Below, piece after piece: positions 9,027 to 18,407 of a stretch of DNA of 64,000 nt. The DNA lies in the NCBI GenBank assembly GCA_013360195.1, contig JABWCQ010000001.1, positions 84,168-148,167 of the forward strand, written 5' to 3'. The DNA is from a bacterium. GTDB taxonomy: Bacteria; Electryoneota; RPQS01. Each line of letters starts with the position of its first letter. Within the stretch, counting starts at the first letter, position 1. The translations under genes and the position numbers were made by a program. The notes under the pieces are model-generated. The model did no database searches. It saw only the letters and a list, made by a program, of their open reading frames with translations, and was not told where the DNA came from.

Positions 9027-9926
9027 ATGAGTACACGTATCAACCACAATCTGCTGTCACTAAGTGCACAACGCTCTGTGTGGACAGCACAGAACGACCT
9101 GGACAAGGCGGTTCAGCGACTTTCCAGCGGTCTGCGCATCAACTACGCGTGGGATGATCCCACCGGACTGGGCATTAGCGAACGTCTTCGCTCTTCGATC
9201 GTAGGTATGGTCGAGGCTGAGAAGAACGCTTCCTATAATGTCAACATGCTGCAGACGGCTGAAGGCGCACTTGCCGTCATTGATGAAAAGCTGGTCCGCA
9301 TGCGAGCTATCGCTGTGCAGGCCTCGAACGGAATTCTGACGACGTTGGACCGTCAGGTCGCAAATGTCGAATTCCAGCAGCTCAAGTCCGAAGCCGACCG
9401 TATTGCCCGTACGGCGAACTACAACGGCTTCAGGCTGCTCGATGGCTCGCACGCCGCAGCCACACCTAATGCTGACCCGACACTCGCTCTTGGAAGCAGT
9501 GCAGTCATTACGGCTGCCGATGGCGCGGCCATCAAGTTCCATATCGGTGAGACCAATGTCGCCGGACAGGATTACTACTATGTGAACCTGGGTGGAATGA
9601 CCGCGGACGATCTCGGTATTGCCGGCCTGAATGTCGCCGATACTGCATCGGCACAGGCGGCGATCGACACGCTGATCGCGGCAATTAATTCCAAGGATAC
9701 TGAGCGGACGTTCATCGGATCAATGGTAGAGCGTCTGCAAAACACTATTCTGAATCTCAAGATTCAGCGTGAAAATGCAACGGCTTCGGAATCACAAATT
9801 CGTGATGCCGACTTCGCCGAAGAAATGTCGAACTTCACCCGCGCGCAGATTCTCATGCAAACCGGTGTTTCGATGCTTTCTACGGCCAATGGTCTGCCGA
9901 ATATCGTTGCACAACTCGTCGGCTAA
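9027..9926 (+). CDS. fliC: Flagellin 2 (299 aa), paralog of flagellin 1
   Basis: Same conserved flagellin motifs. Strong GGAGGAGG RBS. Confidence 0.97.
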   Translation: MSTRINHNLLSLSAQRSVWTAQNDLDKAVQRLSSGLRINYAWDDPTGLGISERLRSSIVGMVEAEKNASYNVNMLQTAEGALAVIDEKLVRMRAIAVQASNGILTTLDRQVANVEFQQLKSEADRIARTANYNGFRLLDGSHAAATPNADPTLALGSSAVITAADGAAIKFHIGETNVAGQDYYYVNLGGMTADDLGIAGLNVADTASAQAAIDTLIAAINSKDTERTFIGSMVERLQNTILNLKIQRENATASESQIRDADFAEEMSNFTRAQILMQTGVSMLSTANGLPNIVAQLVG

Positions 9927-10035
9927 TCGGAAGTAACTCTCCCCGTATCGTTCAGGTCGCTCCGCGCGGTTCCGCGCGGACGACCGGGCGGAGACCCTTC
10001 CAATCGGCCTCAGTCCAGAACGATAAGGAGGAGTA

Positions 10036-11946
10036 ATGTCACAGCCATCAACCACGGTTTCCGGTTTGGTCTCTGGAATTGATTGGGATTCCACGATCAA
10101 ACAACTGATGCAAATTGAAAGACGTCGTGTTGACCTCTACGAAAATCGCAAAAGTGAAAACGAAACCAAGCTCAATCTGTGGGCTCAGATCCAAGGCAAG
10201 GTCGCCGGGCTGCAAGGTGCCGCGCAAAATCTTGACAGAAGATCCGAATTCGTGGTCAAATCGGCTTCCTCCTCCGATTCGTCCGTTGTAGCGGTCCAGG
10301 CTGCTGCAAGTGCTGCTCGCGGCTCTCATTCCGTCGAAGTGCTTGCCCTGGCCAAAGCCCACAGTATAGCGGCGCAAGGCTTTGACGACAAGAATAGTAC
10401 CGGCGTCGGTGATAGTGGTGGAGATTTCGTCATCCAGGTTGGTGATGAAACCATAACTATCGCCGACGCCGATTTTTCTTCTGCAACTACGCTCGAGCAG
10501 CTGAAGAACCTGATCAACAATTCTGCGGATAACGATAACCTGGTCACCGCCTCTATCCTTGACGACGGCTCCGACTCCGGAAGATACAGACTGGTGATCA
10601 CGGCAAATAATCCCGGTCTTGATAACCGCATTTCTTTCCTGTCCAATCCGACTTCACTGGACTTTTCCGGAAAAGTCATTGACAGCGCGGAGACCGGAGC
10701 AGGGTGGAGCGGAACGTCTGCACTAACGTCCGGCGGTGCATACACGGGGACGGTGAACAAGACCTATGTCTTCACCGTCTCAAACGGTGGAACTGTAGGC
10801 ACGACTAACGGTATCTTGATCGATTGGACGGACTCCGCAGGGAATACAGGAAGTTTTACCATTAATTCGAGTGATGCCGGTAATTCGATTGCCGTTGCGG
10901 ACGGCGTGACAATGACGTTTTCTGCAGGTACACTGGTCACCGGCGATACCTTTTCGACGGATGTTTTCGTTCCGACTTTAACCGCCGCGGAAGATGCGCG
11001 CTTCCGCATAGACGGTATCTATGCCACGCAATCCACGAATACGGTCGAGAATTTCATTGAAGGAGTCACTCTGAACCTCCTTCAAGTGGATGCAGGCAAT
11101 GTTGTCACTGTGACCGTTGACGATGACAAGGAAGCGATGAAAGGCAAAATCCGCAGTTTTGTGGATGCGTACAATTCCGTCATGCAGGATATTGCCACCT
11201 TCTCATCATACGATGAAGAAAACGAGACGGCCGCTCCTCTGCTCGGAGATGGGTTTCTTTCTTCAATCAGGAGTCAATTGGCCTCGATTGTGTCACAAAG
11301 AGTCGGCGCCCTGCCGTCAGGCAATGTCTTGAATCACTTGGCGGACATCGGGATAATGTCGTCCCAGCGAGGGTTGCTGACTATCGACGAAACCGAGTTG
11401 TCCGATGCACTCGATGAGCGCTTTGAAGAAGTCGTGAGTCTGTTCAGTCAAACCTTTGAAAGCGGTGACAACAAAATTGGTCTCGTCACGACAAACGAAA
11501 ACAGCCAGGGTGGTACCTACTCGTTGGTCGTGAACTACAATGCGTCCGGAGTCCCTGCTTCCGCCACGATTAATGGCCAGGCCGCGACAATTGACGGCCT
11601 CCTTATTCGTGGAATTGCAGGCACCCCTTCAGAAGGAATTGTTCTGAGCTTCACGTCACCCGGTTCCGGTCCGGGTACTGTCAACACAAGCTTCAGATTG
11701 GGAAAGGGTATAACTGAAATGGTTGCCAGCGTCGCGGCCGATATTTCCGATGACGAAACCGGCGCCATTCACTATGCGCAGCAAAACCTCGAAACCCAGA
11801 ATGAAAACCTTGACCGTCAGATTGCGTCGTGGGAGCGTCGGCTTGAGGCTATCGAAGAACAGTTGCGCAGACAATACTCCACTCTCGAAACTACACTGTC
11901 AAAAATGAGAAATCAAAGCAATTATCTTGCTGGAGTTTTAGGATAA
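10036..11946 (+). CDS. fliD: Flagellar filament cap protein
   Basis: SGLVSGID N-terminus, FVDAYN, and C-terminal LRRQYSTLE..LSKM..QS.YL. Confidence 0.93.
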   Translation: MSQPSTTVSGLVSGIDWDSTIKQLMQIERRRVDLYENRKSENETKLNLWAQIQGKVAGLQGAAQNLDRRSEFVVKSASSSDSSVVAVQAAASAARGSHSVEVLALAKAHSIAAQGFDDKNSTGVGDSGGDFVIQVGDETITIADADFSSATTLEQLKNLINNSADNDNLVTASILDDGSDSGRYRLVITANNPGLDNRISFLSNPTSLDFSGKVIDSAETGAGWSGTSALTSGGAYTGTVNKTYVFTVSNGGTVGTTNGILIDWTDSAGNTGSFTINSSDAGNSIAVADGVTMTFSAGTLVTGDTFSTDVFVPTLTAAEDARFRIDGIYATQSTNTVENFIEGVTLNLLQVDAGNVVTVTVDDDKEAMKGKIRSFVDAYNSVMQDIATFSSYDEENETAAPLLGDGFLSSIRSQLASIVSQRVGALPSGNVLNHLADIGIMSSQRGLLTIDETELSDALDERFEEVVSLFSQTFESGDNKIGLVTTNENSQGGTYSLVVNYNASGVPASATINGQAATIDGLLIRGIAGTPSEGIVLSFTSPGSGPGTVNTSFRLGKGITEMVASVAADISDDETGAIHYAQQNLETQNENLDRQIASWERRLEAIEEQLRRQYSTLETTLSKMRNQSNYLAGVLG

Positions 11947-11947
11947 C

Positions 11948-12367
11948 ATGAAAATTGCACCGAACCACGTTACATACCGATCCATGGACGCTGCCTGCAG
12001 CACTCCGCAGCTCGTTCTTCTGCTTTGCGACGGTGCCATCAGGTACACCCGCGAAGCGGCGGAACACATGCATAACAATCGCTGGTCGGAAAAAGGTCAG
12101 GCTATTGAAGCCGCTATTGAGTGCCTTGGCGAGCTGCGTAAAACGCTGAATCTTTCGGATAACACTGAAATCGTCAGACAATTGGATAACACCTACAGCT
12201 TTCTCTCGACCAAGTTGATGATAGGTAATACTCGCCGCGACATCTCGCAATTGCATCAGGTTGCCGATGCCCTGACACAGATTCGATCTGGCTGGTCAGA
12301 GCTTTTTGACAAACTGAAAGCTGAAGGAGCACTTCCCACGGCCCAATTCGCCGGTGCCGGCCAGTAG
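11948..12367 (+). CDS. fliS: Flagellin export chaperone
   Basis: TPQLVLLLCDGAI, EL..TLN, L...Y and GW motifs. Follows fliD. Confidence 0.9.
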   Translation: MKIAPNHVTYRSMDAACSTPQLVLLLCDGAIRYTREAAEHMHNNRWSEKGQAIEAAIECLGELRKTLNLSDNTEIVRQLDNTYSFLSTKLMIGNTRRDISQLHQVADALTQIRSGWSELFDKLKAEGALPTAQFAGAGQ

Positions 12368-12428
12368 TTGGATGGCACACCAGTTGCTATCTTTTTTGAC
12401 ATAACATCGTAAATAGGACAAATATTCC

Positions 12429-12734
12429 ATGCGTGTAGAATCCAACCGCCCGTATCGCCTGCCGGGAGCACCGGATGAAATCAAGGATAACATCCCGGAG
12501 CGCCCGGCGAAGTTGCCAAGCTCGACCGTTAATCTGCAAGGCGATCAATATGAACTCTCTGCAGAACAGAGAGTTACGCAAAACCTTTTGTCCAAAGTTG
12601 AAAAAGAGAAACTTGATGCGCCGTTGCCGCCGGAGCGACTGGCAGCCATTCATGCCAGGTTGAAATCCGGGCATTACATGTCGGACGAGGCGGCAGAGCT
12701 TACCTCAAGTGCTCTCCTCTCATTTTATAAGTAA
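12429..12734 (+). CDS. flgM: Anti-sigma28 factor FlgM-like
   Basis: Low-complexity N-terminus, D..ELS, and ERLAAIHARLKSGHY (cf. ERV..LK..I..G.Y). Confidence 0.7.
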   Translation: MRVESNRPYRLPGAPDEIKDNIPERPAKLPSSTVNLQGDQYELSAEQRVTQNLLSKVEKEKLDAPLPPERLAAIHARLKSGHYMSDEAAELTSSALLSFYK

Positions 12735-12811
12735 TTCATTTACAAAATCTTAGAATTAAGTCTCTTTTAAACAATTGTTTACCGTGGTACACTGAATAGA
12801 CCACGATCTTG

Positions 12812-12846
12812 AAGTGCCTCTGACTGATTAAGCAGAGGCATTTTTC
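12812..12846 (+). terminator. Rho-independent terminator
   Basis: TGCCTCTG-loop-CAGAGGCA followed by TTTTT. Confidence 0.8.
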
Positions 12847-12918
12847 ATGGTATGAATGTTGCCCTGAAATGTCTTGCCGGAAGCAGATTTTCACAGGTTG
12901 GATTTTTACGACGGAACA

Positions 12919-13758
12919 ATGAACGATTCACAGCAGCCCCGTGTCTTGATTATCGACGATGACCCTGACATTTCCAGTGTGCTCGTCGCCGCACTTGAAG
13001 TCGTTGGATGCACGGTTTTCTCGGAGACATCTACTGATCGCGCAGAAGATGCGTGTCGAATTGCAAAGCCGGATCTGGTGCTTGTGGACATGATGATGCC
13101 CGGCCGCTCAGGAATCGAACTCATCGCGCCGCTGCATCAAATCGCTCCCGATGCCATTATCTGCATCATGACGGGAATGGGGGATCCGGCGCTGCTCAAA
13201 AGGTCTTTGAACTCTGGTGCGTGGAACGTCTTGTGCAAACCATACTCACTGTCTGATTTGGCCGAGCTAATTGACCTCAGTCTAAGACTCTCAGCTTCAC
13301 TCCGTGAAGAGCGGGGCGATTCTGTGGCAAAACGTGATCTCGAACTCGAGTTTCACGGAGACCATAAGCCAGAGGCCGCCGACATAGCAAGACTTATTGC
13401 CGTCGCGGCTGGGGCGGCGAATGACAACGACGTCGCATATCGGAAACTTCCGCTTCTTGCGGCCGAATTACTCGACAACGCTTTCGAGCATGGTACGAAA
13501 CACAATCCTGAAACCAAATTCGGGGCGTCATTGCGCGTTGTCGACGAAAAATTGGAGCTTCGTGTCTGGGACTTGGGAACGGGCTTTGACGGCAAATCCA
13601 AAATCCGGCAGTTGACCAGTGCACCGCCCAAGGGCAAGCTGTCCGGACTGCAGCTCGCCTCTGCATTGGCGGACGAAGTGAGGTTTGACCGTGAGCCCAA
13701 TGCGATTACAGTCGCGTGGCGTGCAAAGTCTTCTTCTGACGATAGGAGAAACTCATAG
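12919..13758 (+). CDS. Response regulator with C-terminal RsbW-like (HATPase_c_2) domain
   Basis: REC domain (IIDDD, LVDMMMPG, KP) plus ELLDNAFEHG, WDLGTGFD and SGLQLA..LAD. Confidence 0.85.
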   Translation: MNDSQQPRVLIIDDDPDISSVLVAALEVVGCTVFSETSTDRAEDACRIAKPDLVLVDMMMPGRSGIELIAPLHQIAPDAIICIMTGMGDPALLKRSLNSGAWNVLCKPYSLSDLAELIDLSLRLSASLREERGDSVAKRDLELEFHGDHKPEAADIARLIAVAAGAANDNDVAYRKLPLLAAELLDNAFEHGTKHNPETKFGASLRVVDEKLELRVWDLGTGFDGKSKIRQLTSAPPKGKLSGLQLASALADEVRFDREPNAITVAWRAKSSSDDRRNS

Positions 13759-15302
13759 TGGACAGAACGAGACTCCGAGTACCGTTTAACGGACGATCCG
13801 GCGGGCTTGCGCCGTTGCTCATTGTCATTCCGGAAGAAGATATTCGTTCACAAGTCAGAGCGTCGCTCGAGGATATCGAAGGCATTGAGATTCATTTCGC
13901 GGCGACTGCGCATGAGGCCATTCGCTTCATCAAGCAGCGAATTCCGGCGGCCGTTCTGGCAGAAGTCTCTCTTACGGATCTCGACGGTTTTCGCCTCTGC
14001 AAACTGCTGAGGCTGCCGCTGGTTTCAGGTTCCGACCAAATACCGGTCATCCTGATTTCGTGCGCGTATCGGGATGTCTTAGCCGAACACGTGGCTCGCA
14101 AGGCGCATGCGTTTGCTTTTCTCAAGCTTCCCGGGGACACCCACCTGCTCCCGAGAACCGTCGAGTTGGCTCTGCGACGCCTGTTGCCCGGGCCCGGTGA
14201 TAGTCAGTTGCTTGGCCAGAAGGGCGAAGTGCATATCGTTTGCGATGACAATGCTCTCGCTCACGCAATTTCCACGGCGATTGAAATGGATCACTGGCAT
14301 TCAACCCGGTTCCGTTCTCTCAGCGATATGGCAGCCTCCTGGGATAAGGTCAGACCACAAGTAGTTTTCGTGGATGTGCCCGTCCGCGGCACACTCGACT
14401 GGAGCAGCATCTTCAGCGGTGAAGAATTCGACCGCCCTGTTGTTGTCGCGCTCCTGCGCAGACCCGAACCTGACGGCCTGATTGAACTCATGGAGCATGG
14501 TGTGGATGACTACCTGTCTCTGCCGTGCGATGCAGCCAAATTCGTTGAAGCTTGTCGTAATGCGCGTGTCAAGTACAACTTTCGCAGCACGTACCGCGAG
14601 TTCAACGAGCAGCTCCTGAAACTGAGAAAGGTCTCGGAGTATCTTGAACTTGTCATTACGAATTCGCACGAGGCGATCTTTACGTGCGACGAATCGGGCA
14701 TCGTCAGACTCTGGAATAAAGGTGCCGAACGGGTTTATGGCTACACGTCCGACGAGATTGTCGGCAAAAACGTGGACGATTATCTGAATCCGCCCGGTTT
14801 CTCACGGAAATCGCCTAACGTGGTTCGGCTGCTGCAGCAACGTGGTTCAATGACCGATCCCGAAGTGCAAAGGCAGCGTAAAGGCGGCGAAGTTTTTCCC
14901 GTCTCAGCAACCTACACGTTGCTCACCGACGGAAATGGCAAAACGTTGGGTTTCTCGGTTATCGAACGCGATGTTACGCCGATCAAGGCGCTCGAAAACG
15001 AGAAAATCAAATCGGCGCGACTGCGGGCGATCACCCAGACTGCCGTAACCGCCAACGACCACATTAACACACCACTGGGCATCATTCTCGGATATGCGCA
15101 GTTTCTGGAACTGAAACTTGATTCGGCAGACCCGCAGGACAAGGCGGCGCTTGAAGTCATTCAACAGCAAGTCCACAAGATCAAGGGAATTATGAACAAG
15201 CTGAAGCTGATCTCCGACCCGATTGTCAAGAACTATTCCATTGAAGGTGTGACCATGCTTGATCTGTCGAAATCGCAACTCTCTAACGAAACATCAAATT
15301 AA
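13758..15302 (+). CDS. Pseudo-REC / REC / PAS / HisKA-like protein lacking HATPase
   Basis: Two receiver-like domains, a PAS domain (WNKGAERVYGY..EIVG), and H-box-like ANDHINTPLGIILG. The protein ends without N/G boxes. Confidence 0.8.
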   Translation: MDRTRLRVPFNGRSGGLAPLLIVIPEEDIRSQVRASLEDIEGIEIHFAATAHEAIRFIKQRIPAAVLAEVSLTDLDGFRLCKLLRLPLVSGSDQIPVILISCAYRDVLAEHVARKAHAFAFLKLPGDTHLLPRTVELALRRLLPGPGDSQLLGQKGEVHIVCDDNALAHAISTAIEMDHWHSTRFRSLSDMAASWDKVRPQVVFVDVPVRGTLDWSSIFSGEEFDRPVVVALLRRPEPDGLIELMEHGVDDYLSLPCDAAKFVEACRNARVKYNFRSTYREFNEQLLKLRKVSEYLELVITNSHEAIFTCDESGIVRLWNKGAERVYGYTSDEIVGKNVDDYLNPPGFSRKSPNVVRLLQQRGSMTDPEVQRQRKGGEVFPVSATYTLLTDGNGKTLGFSVIERDVTPIKALENEKIKSARLRAITQTAVTANDHINTPLGIILGYAQFLELKLDSADPQDKAALEVIQQQVHKIKGIMNKLKLISDPIVKNYSIEGVTMLDLSKSQLSNETSN

Positions 15303-15326
15303 TCATATCATCGCCACGAGGCACAG

Positions 15327-15692
15327 ATGGAAACCCTGAAGAAAAAAGTTCTTGTTGTTGATGATGACGAAGTCATTCGTGATCTGCTGATCAATTTCCT
15401 GAAGTTCTCAGGCTATGAAGGTCTCGGTGCGCCAAACGGACAGAAGGCGCTTGAAATGGTCATCGCGGATTCCCCGGACATGATCATCACCGACATCCAC
15501 ATGCCCCTGATGAACGGATTTCAGCTTCTGCGTGCCGTCAAGCGCGTGAATCCCGACTTGCCCGTCATCTTCATTACTGGCTTTGCGCACTTCCGCCGTT
15601 TCTTTGCCGACAAGACTGCCAGAGCCGACGGTTTCCTCGAAAAACCGTTCTCTCTCGAGTCTATCGACGGGCTGGTCAAGAAGTACTTGTAA
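15327..15692 (+). CDS. Single-domain response regulator (CheY-like)
   Basis: VVDDD, ITDIHMP, ITG, EKPF. Confidence 0.92.
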   Translation: METLKKKVLVVDDDEVIRDLLINFLKFSGYEGLGAPNGQKALEMVIADSPDMIITDIHMPLMNGFQLLRAVKRVNPDLPVIFITGFAHFRRFFADKTARADGFLEKPFSLESIDGLVKKYL

Positions 15693-15702
15693 AGCCATCC
15701 AC

Positions 15703-15731
15703 TTGACTTTCATGGTCAGCTAAACTATCTT
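15703..15731 (+). promoter_or_regulatory. Sigma70-type promoter, probably leaderless
   Basis: TTGACT-N17-TATCTT-N7-ATG. Confidence 0.6.
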
Positions 15732-15738
15732 CGATAGT

Positions 15739-17694
15739 ATGACATCTGACCGCGAAGTCCTGATTGTTGACGACGACGCTTCGGCTCGCGAAACGCTGGC
15801 TGCCGTGCTCTCCGAGCACGGCTTTGCCGTGCATCAGACCGCCGACGGGCCTGCGGCACTCAAAATCCTGAATTCCAACCGCGGCATACGGGTTCTGCTT
15901 ACTGACGTGCGACTGCCGGGCATGAACGGAATCGAATTGCTGGCCAAGGTGAGGGTTGCAGATCCCTCTGTTCATGTGATTCTTGTTACCGCATATGCCC
16001 AGCGAAATTTGGCGCTCCGCGCCCTCAAGCATGGAGCCGCCGAGTTCCTGCCCAAACCAGTCGATGCTGCCACTCTCTTGCGGGTCGTTGAAAGGTGTTT
16101 CTACAGGTCCCGGCTGGACAAGTTGGCCGCTATCGGCAAGGAGGCATTGGGCAGGCTGAAGAGCCGTGCGATTCTCTGCACAACTGAGGGTAAGGTTGTC
16201 TCGTCTGCTCCCGATATCGCAGCGTTAGTCATGGACGCAGGACAGTTGAATGCCGGAGAATATGTCTGGGATGCTTTGGGGTGGGTCGAACTTCGCGAGT
16301 TGTTTGAAAAAGATTTCGCTGGACCTATCGTCATACCGCGGCAAGATGTTTCTGTGCAAGTCCAAAGGTTACTGCTCGACGAAGGTGTCAATCAGGTCGT
16401 TCTGGTACTCACGGACATTTCAGGTCTTAGACAGGTTCAGCGTGACCTTCTTTCCGTCACCCAGGATATTGAGGCACGAGTCTCAGAGCGTACTCGGTTT
16501 CTGAGTGAGGAAATCGAGTTTAACGACCGTCTGCTCGACACCGCCGATGTCCTGATTGCCTATGTCAACCCGGATGGAAGACTCGAACGCTGGAACAAGT
16601 TTGCCGTAGACCTGACCGGACTTACATTTGAAGAAGCAAGCTTGGAGCTTGCCGAACTCTATCGAGATAGACGTTCACCGCTTGCTGAAATCTTTGACCC
16701 TTATTGGGAGCACGAGATTACCGCTCGCATCGCGCCGTTTTCAGGTCCAGAAGGCACCTCGCGGCTCCTCGCATGGAGTGCCCGTAGGTTCCGCGAGGCA
16801 CCCGGCCGGTTTGGCCGGCTCATTGTGGGAATGGATGTCACCGAACAAAAACAGCTCGAGAGCACGCTTCAGCACTACAATGCCTACCTCGAGGATATCG
16901 TTAGACAGAGATCACGCGAATTGAAGACCAAAAACGCTCAACTCATTCACACCGCGCGCCTCGCCTCACTCGGCGAAATGGTAGGATCTATCGCGCACGA
17001 GATGAAGCAGCCCCTGAATGTCATTGCAATCACGTCTGATCTCATCAAGCTGCTTCGAAAGAACGGCAAGCTGAATGACGAACTCCTTGAGAGCAACCTT
17101 GAGAAGATTCGCATGACCGTCGAGAGAATGTCGGATACAATAAATCATCTCCGCGGCTTCACGCACGTCGACTCCACGATGTTCAAACGGTTGACCCTCA
17201 AAGAAGTCGTGGACGGTGCAATCACGCTTGTCGGCGAACAAATCCGGCAGGATGATGTTGACCTCATTGTCGAGATGAGTAACCCTGCGGCGTCTTTCAG
17301 AGGTGACAGAAACCAGATTGAACAAGTGCTGATTAATCTCATGGTGAATGGGCGCGATGCGATTCTTGATGCAGTTGCTGCGAAATCTGTCGATCCTGCG
17401 AACCGATCCATCACCATTCGACAGGCGGAAACCGAAAATCAAAACTGGATTGGAATTGAAGTCGTAGATTATGGAACCGGAATGGCTCCTGAAGTTGTCC
17501 GGCATATCTTCGAACCGTTCTACACGACAAAGGATTCTTCACGCGGAACGGGCTTGGGATTGTCTATATGTTTGAATATTGTCCGCGCACATGGCGGGGA
17601 CATTGAAGTTGAATCTTCTCCCGGGCAGGGCAGTGTCTTTCGTATCCTGCTGCCCGTTGACCTGGAAGCTGAACTTGCTCAAGAACGGCGTTGA
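15739..17694 (+). CDS. Hybrid sensor histidine kinase (REC-PAS-like-HisKA-HATPase, NtrB-like)
   Basis: REC domain, IAHEMKQPL, QVLINLMVNGRDA, DYGTGM, FEPFYTTK, GTGLGL. Confidence 0.92.
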   Translation: MTSDREVLIVDDDASARETLAAVLSEHGFAVHQTADGPAALKILNSNRGIRVLLTDVRLPGMNGIELLAKVRVADPSVHVILVTAYAQRNLALRALKHGAAEFLPKPVDAATLLRVVERCFYRSRLDKLAAIGKEALGRLKSRAILCTTEGKVVSSAPDIAALVMDAGQLNAGEYVWDALGWVELRELFEKDFAGPIVIPRQDVSVQVQRLLLDEGVNQVVLVLTDISGLRQVQRDLLSVTQDIEARVSERTRFLSEEIEFNDRLLDTADVLIAYVNPDGRLERWNKFAVDLTGLTFEEASLELAELYRDRRSPLAEIFDPYWEHEITARIAPFSGPEGTSRLLAWSARRFREAPGRFGRLIVGMDVTEQKQLESTLQHYNAYLEDIVRQRSRELKTKNAQLIHTARLASLGEMVGSIAHEMKQPLNVIAITSDLIKLLRKNGKLNDELLESNLEKIRMTVERMSDTINHLRGFTHVDSTMFKRLTLKEVVDGAITLVGEQIRQDDVDLIVEMSNPAASFRGDRNQIEQVLINLMVNGRDAILDAVAAKSVDPANRSITIRQAETENQNWIGIEVVDYGTGMAPEVVRHIFEPFYTTKDSSRGTGLGLSICLNIVRAHGGDIEVESSPGQGSVFRILLPVDLEAELAQERR

Positions 17695-17732
17695 TCTTGG
17701 ATGAATAGTTGAGTCGTTGGACGGGAGGTCTT

Positions 17733-18332
17733 GTGACTGCAGAACTGACGTGGTTTGAACAATGGGATCGCGGTGTGTTCGGGATGATAAACCAGATGTT
17801 TACCAGCTCGTTCTTTGATGCGATTATGCCCTTGATTTCTGACCTCAAACTGTGGATGATTCCACTCGGTATTCTCTGGCTGATCTTTGTGATTAGAACA
17901 AACCGGAAAGGGAGGATAGTGGCGCTATGCTGCTTCCTCGTTGTTGCTGCAACCGATCAGCTTGCCGCGACAATTATAAAGCCGGCCGTCGCCCGTATCC
18001 GGCCTTGTAATGTGATTCCGCAAACGCACTTCTATGAGGAAGACAAGGACAACTGGATTTATACCGATAAGTTCGGCATGACCACGTACAAGTCTTCCTA
18101 CAGCTTCCCGTCTAACCATGCGGCGAACATGGCGGGTCAAGCGATCTACTGGAGCTATTTCTACCCGCAGGTAAGCCCGATCCTTATTGCCGGTGCTCTG
18201 GCAGTGGGTTACAGCCGCGTGTACTTGGGCTATCACTATCCGTCCGATGTGGCCGCCGGCTACCTGCTCGGCATCTTCGTTGCACTGGTAGTAGCCTGGC
18301 CTCTGCGAGTCTGGATTCTGCCCGACGAATAG
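17733..18332 (+). CDS. PAP2-family phosphatase
   Basis: K....RIRP, SFPSNHA and SRVYLGYHYPSD. GTG start after GGAGG. Confidence 0.9.
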   Translation: MTAELTWFEQWDRGVFGMINQMFTSSFFDAIMPLISDLKLWMIPLGILWLIFVIRTNRKGRIVALCCFLVVAATDQLAATIIKPAVARIRPCNVIPQTHFYEEDKDNWIYTDKFGMTTYKSSYSFPSNHAANMAGQAIYWSYFYPQVSPILIAGALAVGYSRVYLGYHYPSDVAAGYLLGIFVALVVAWPLRVWILPDE

Positions 18333-18357
18333 GCCGCGTTCAACTTCTTGAAAACAA

Positions 18358-18386
18358 AAAGCCCTGCTTCGTGGAAGCAGGGCTTT
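18358..18386. terminator. Bidirectional terminator between convergent genes
   Basis: AAAGCCCTGCTTC-GTG-GAAGCAGGGCTTT. Confidence 0.85.
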
Positions 18387-18407
18387 CTCAGAACGAATAG
18401 TCAGGTT

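Noticed and set aside
5867..9926. Flagellin phase variation by inversion
   Set aside because: The genes are in the same orientation, each has a sigma28 promoter, and no recombinase or hix-like repeats were seen.
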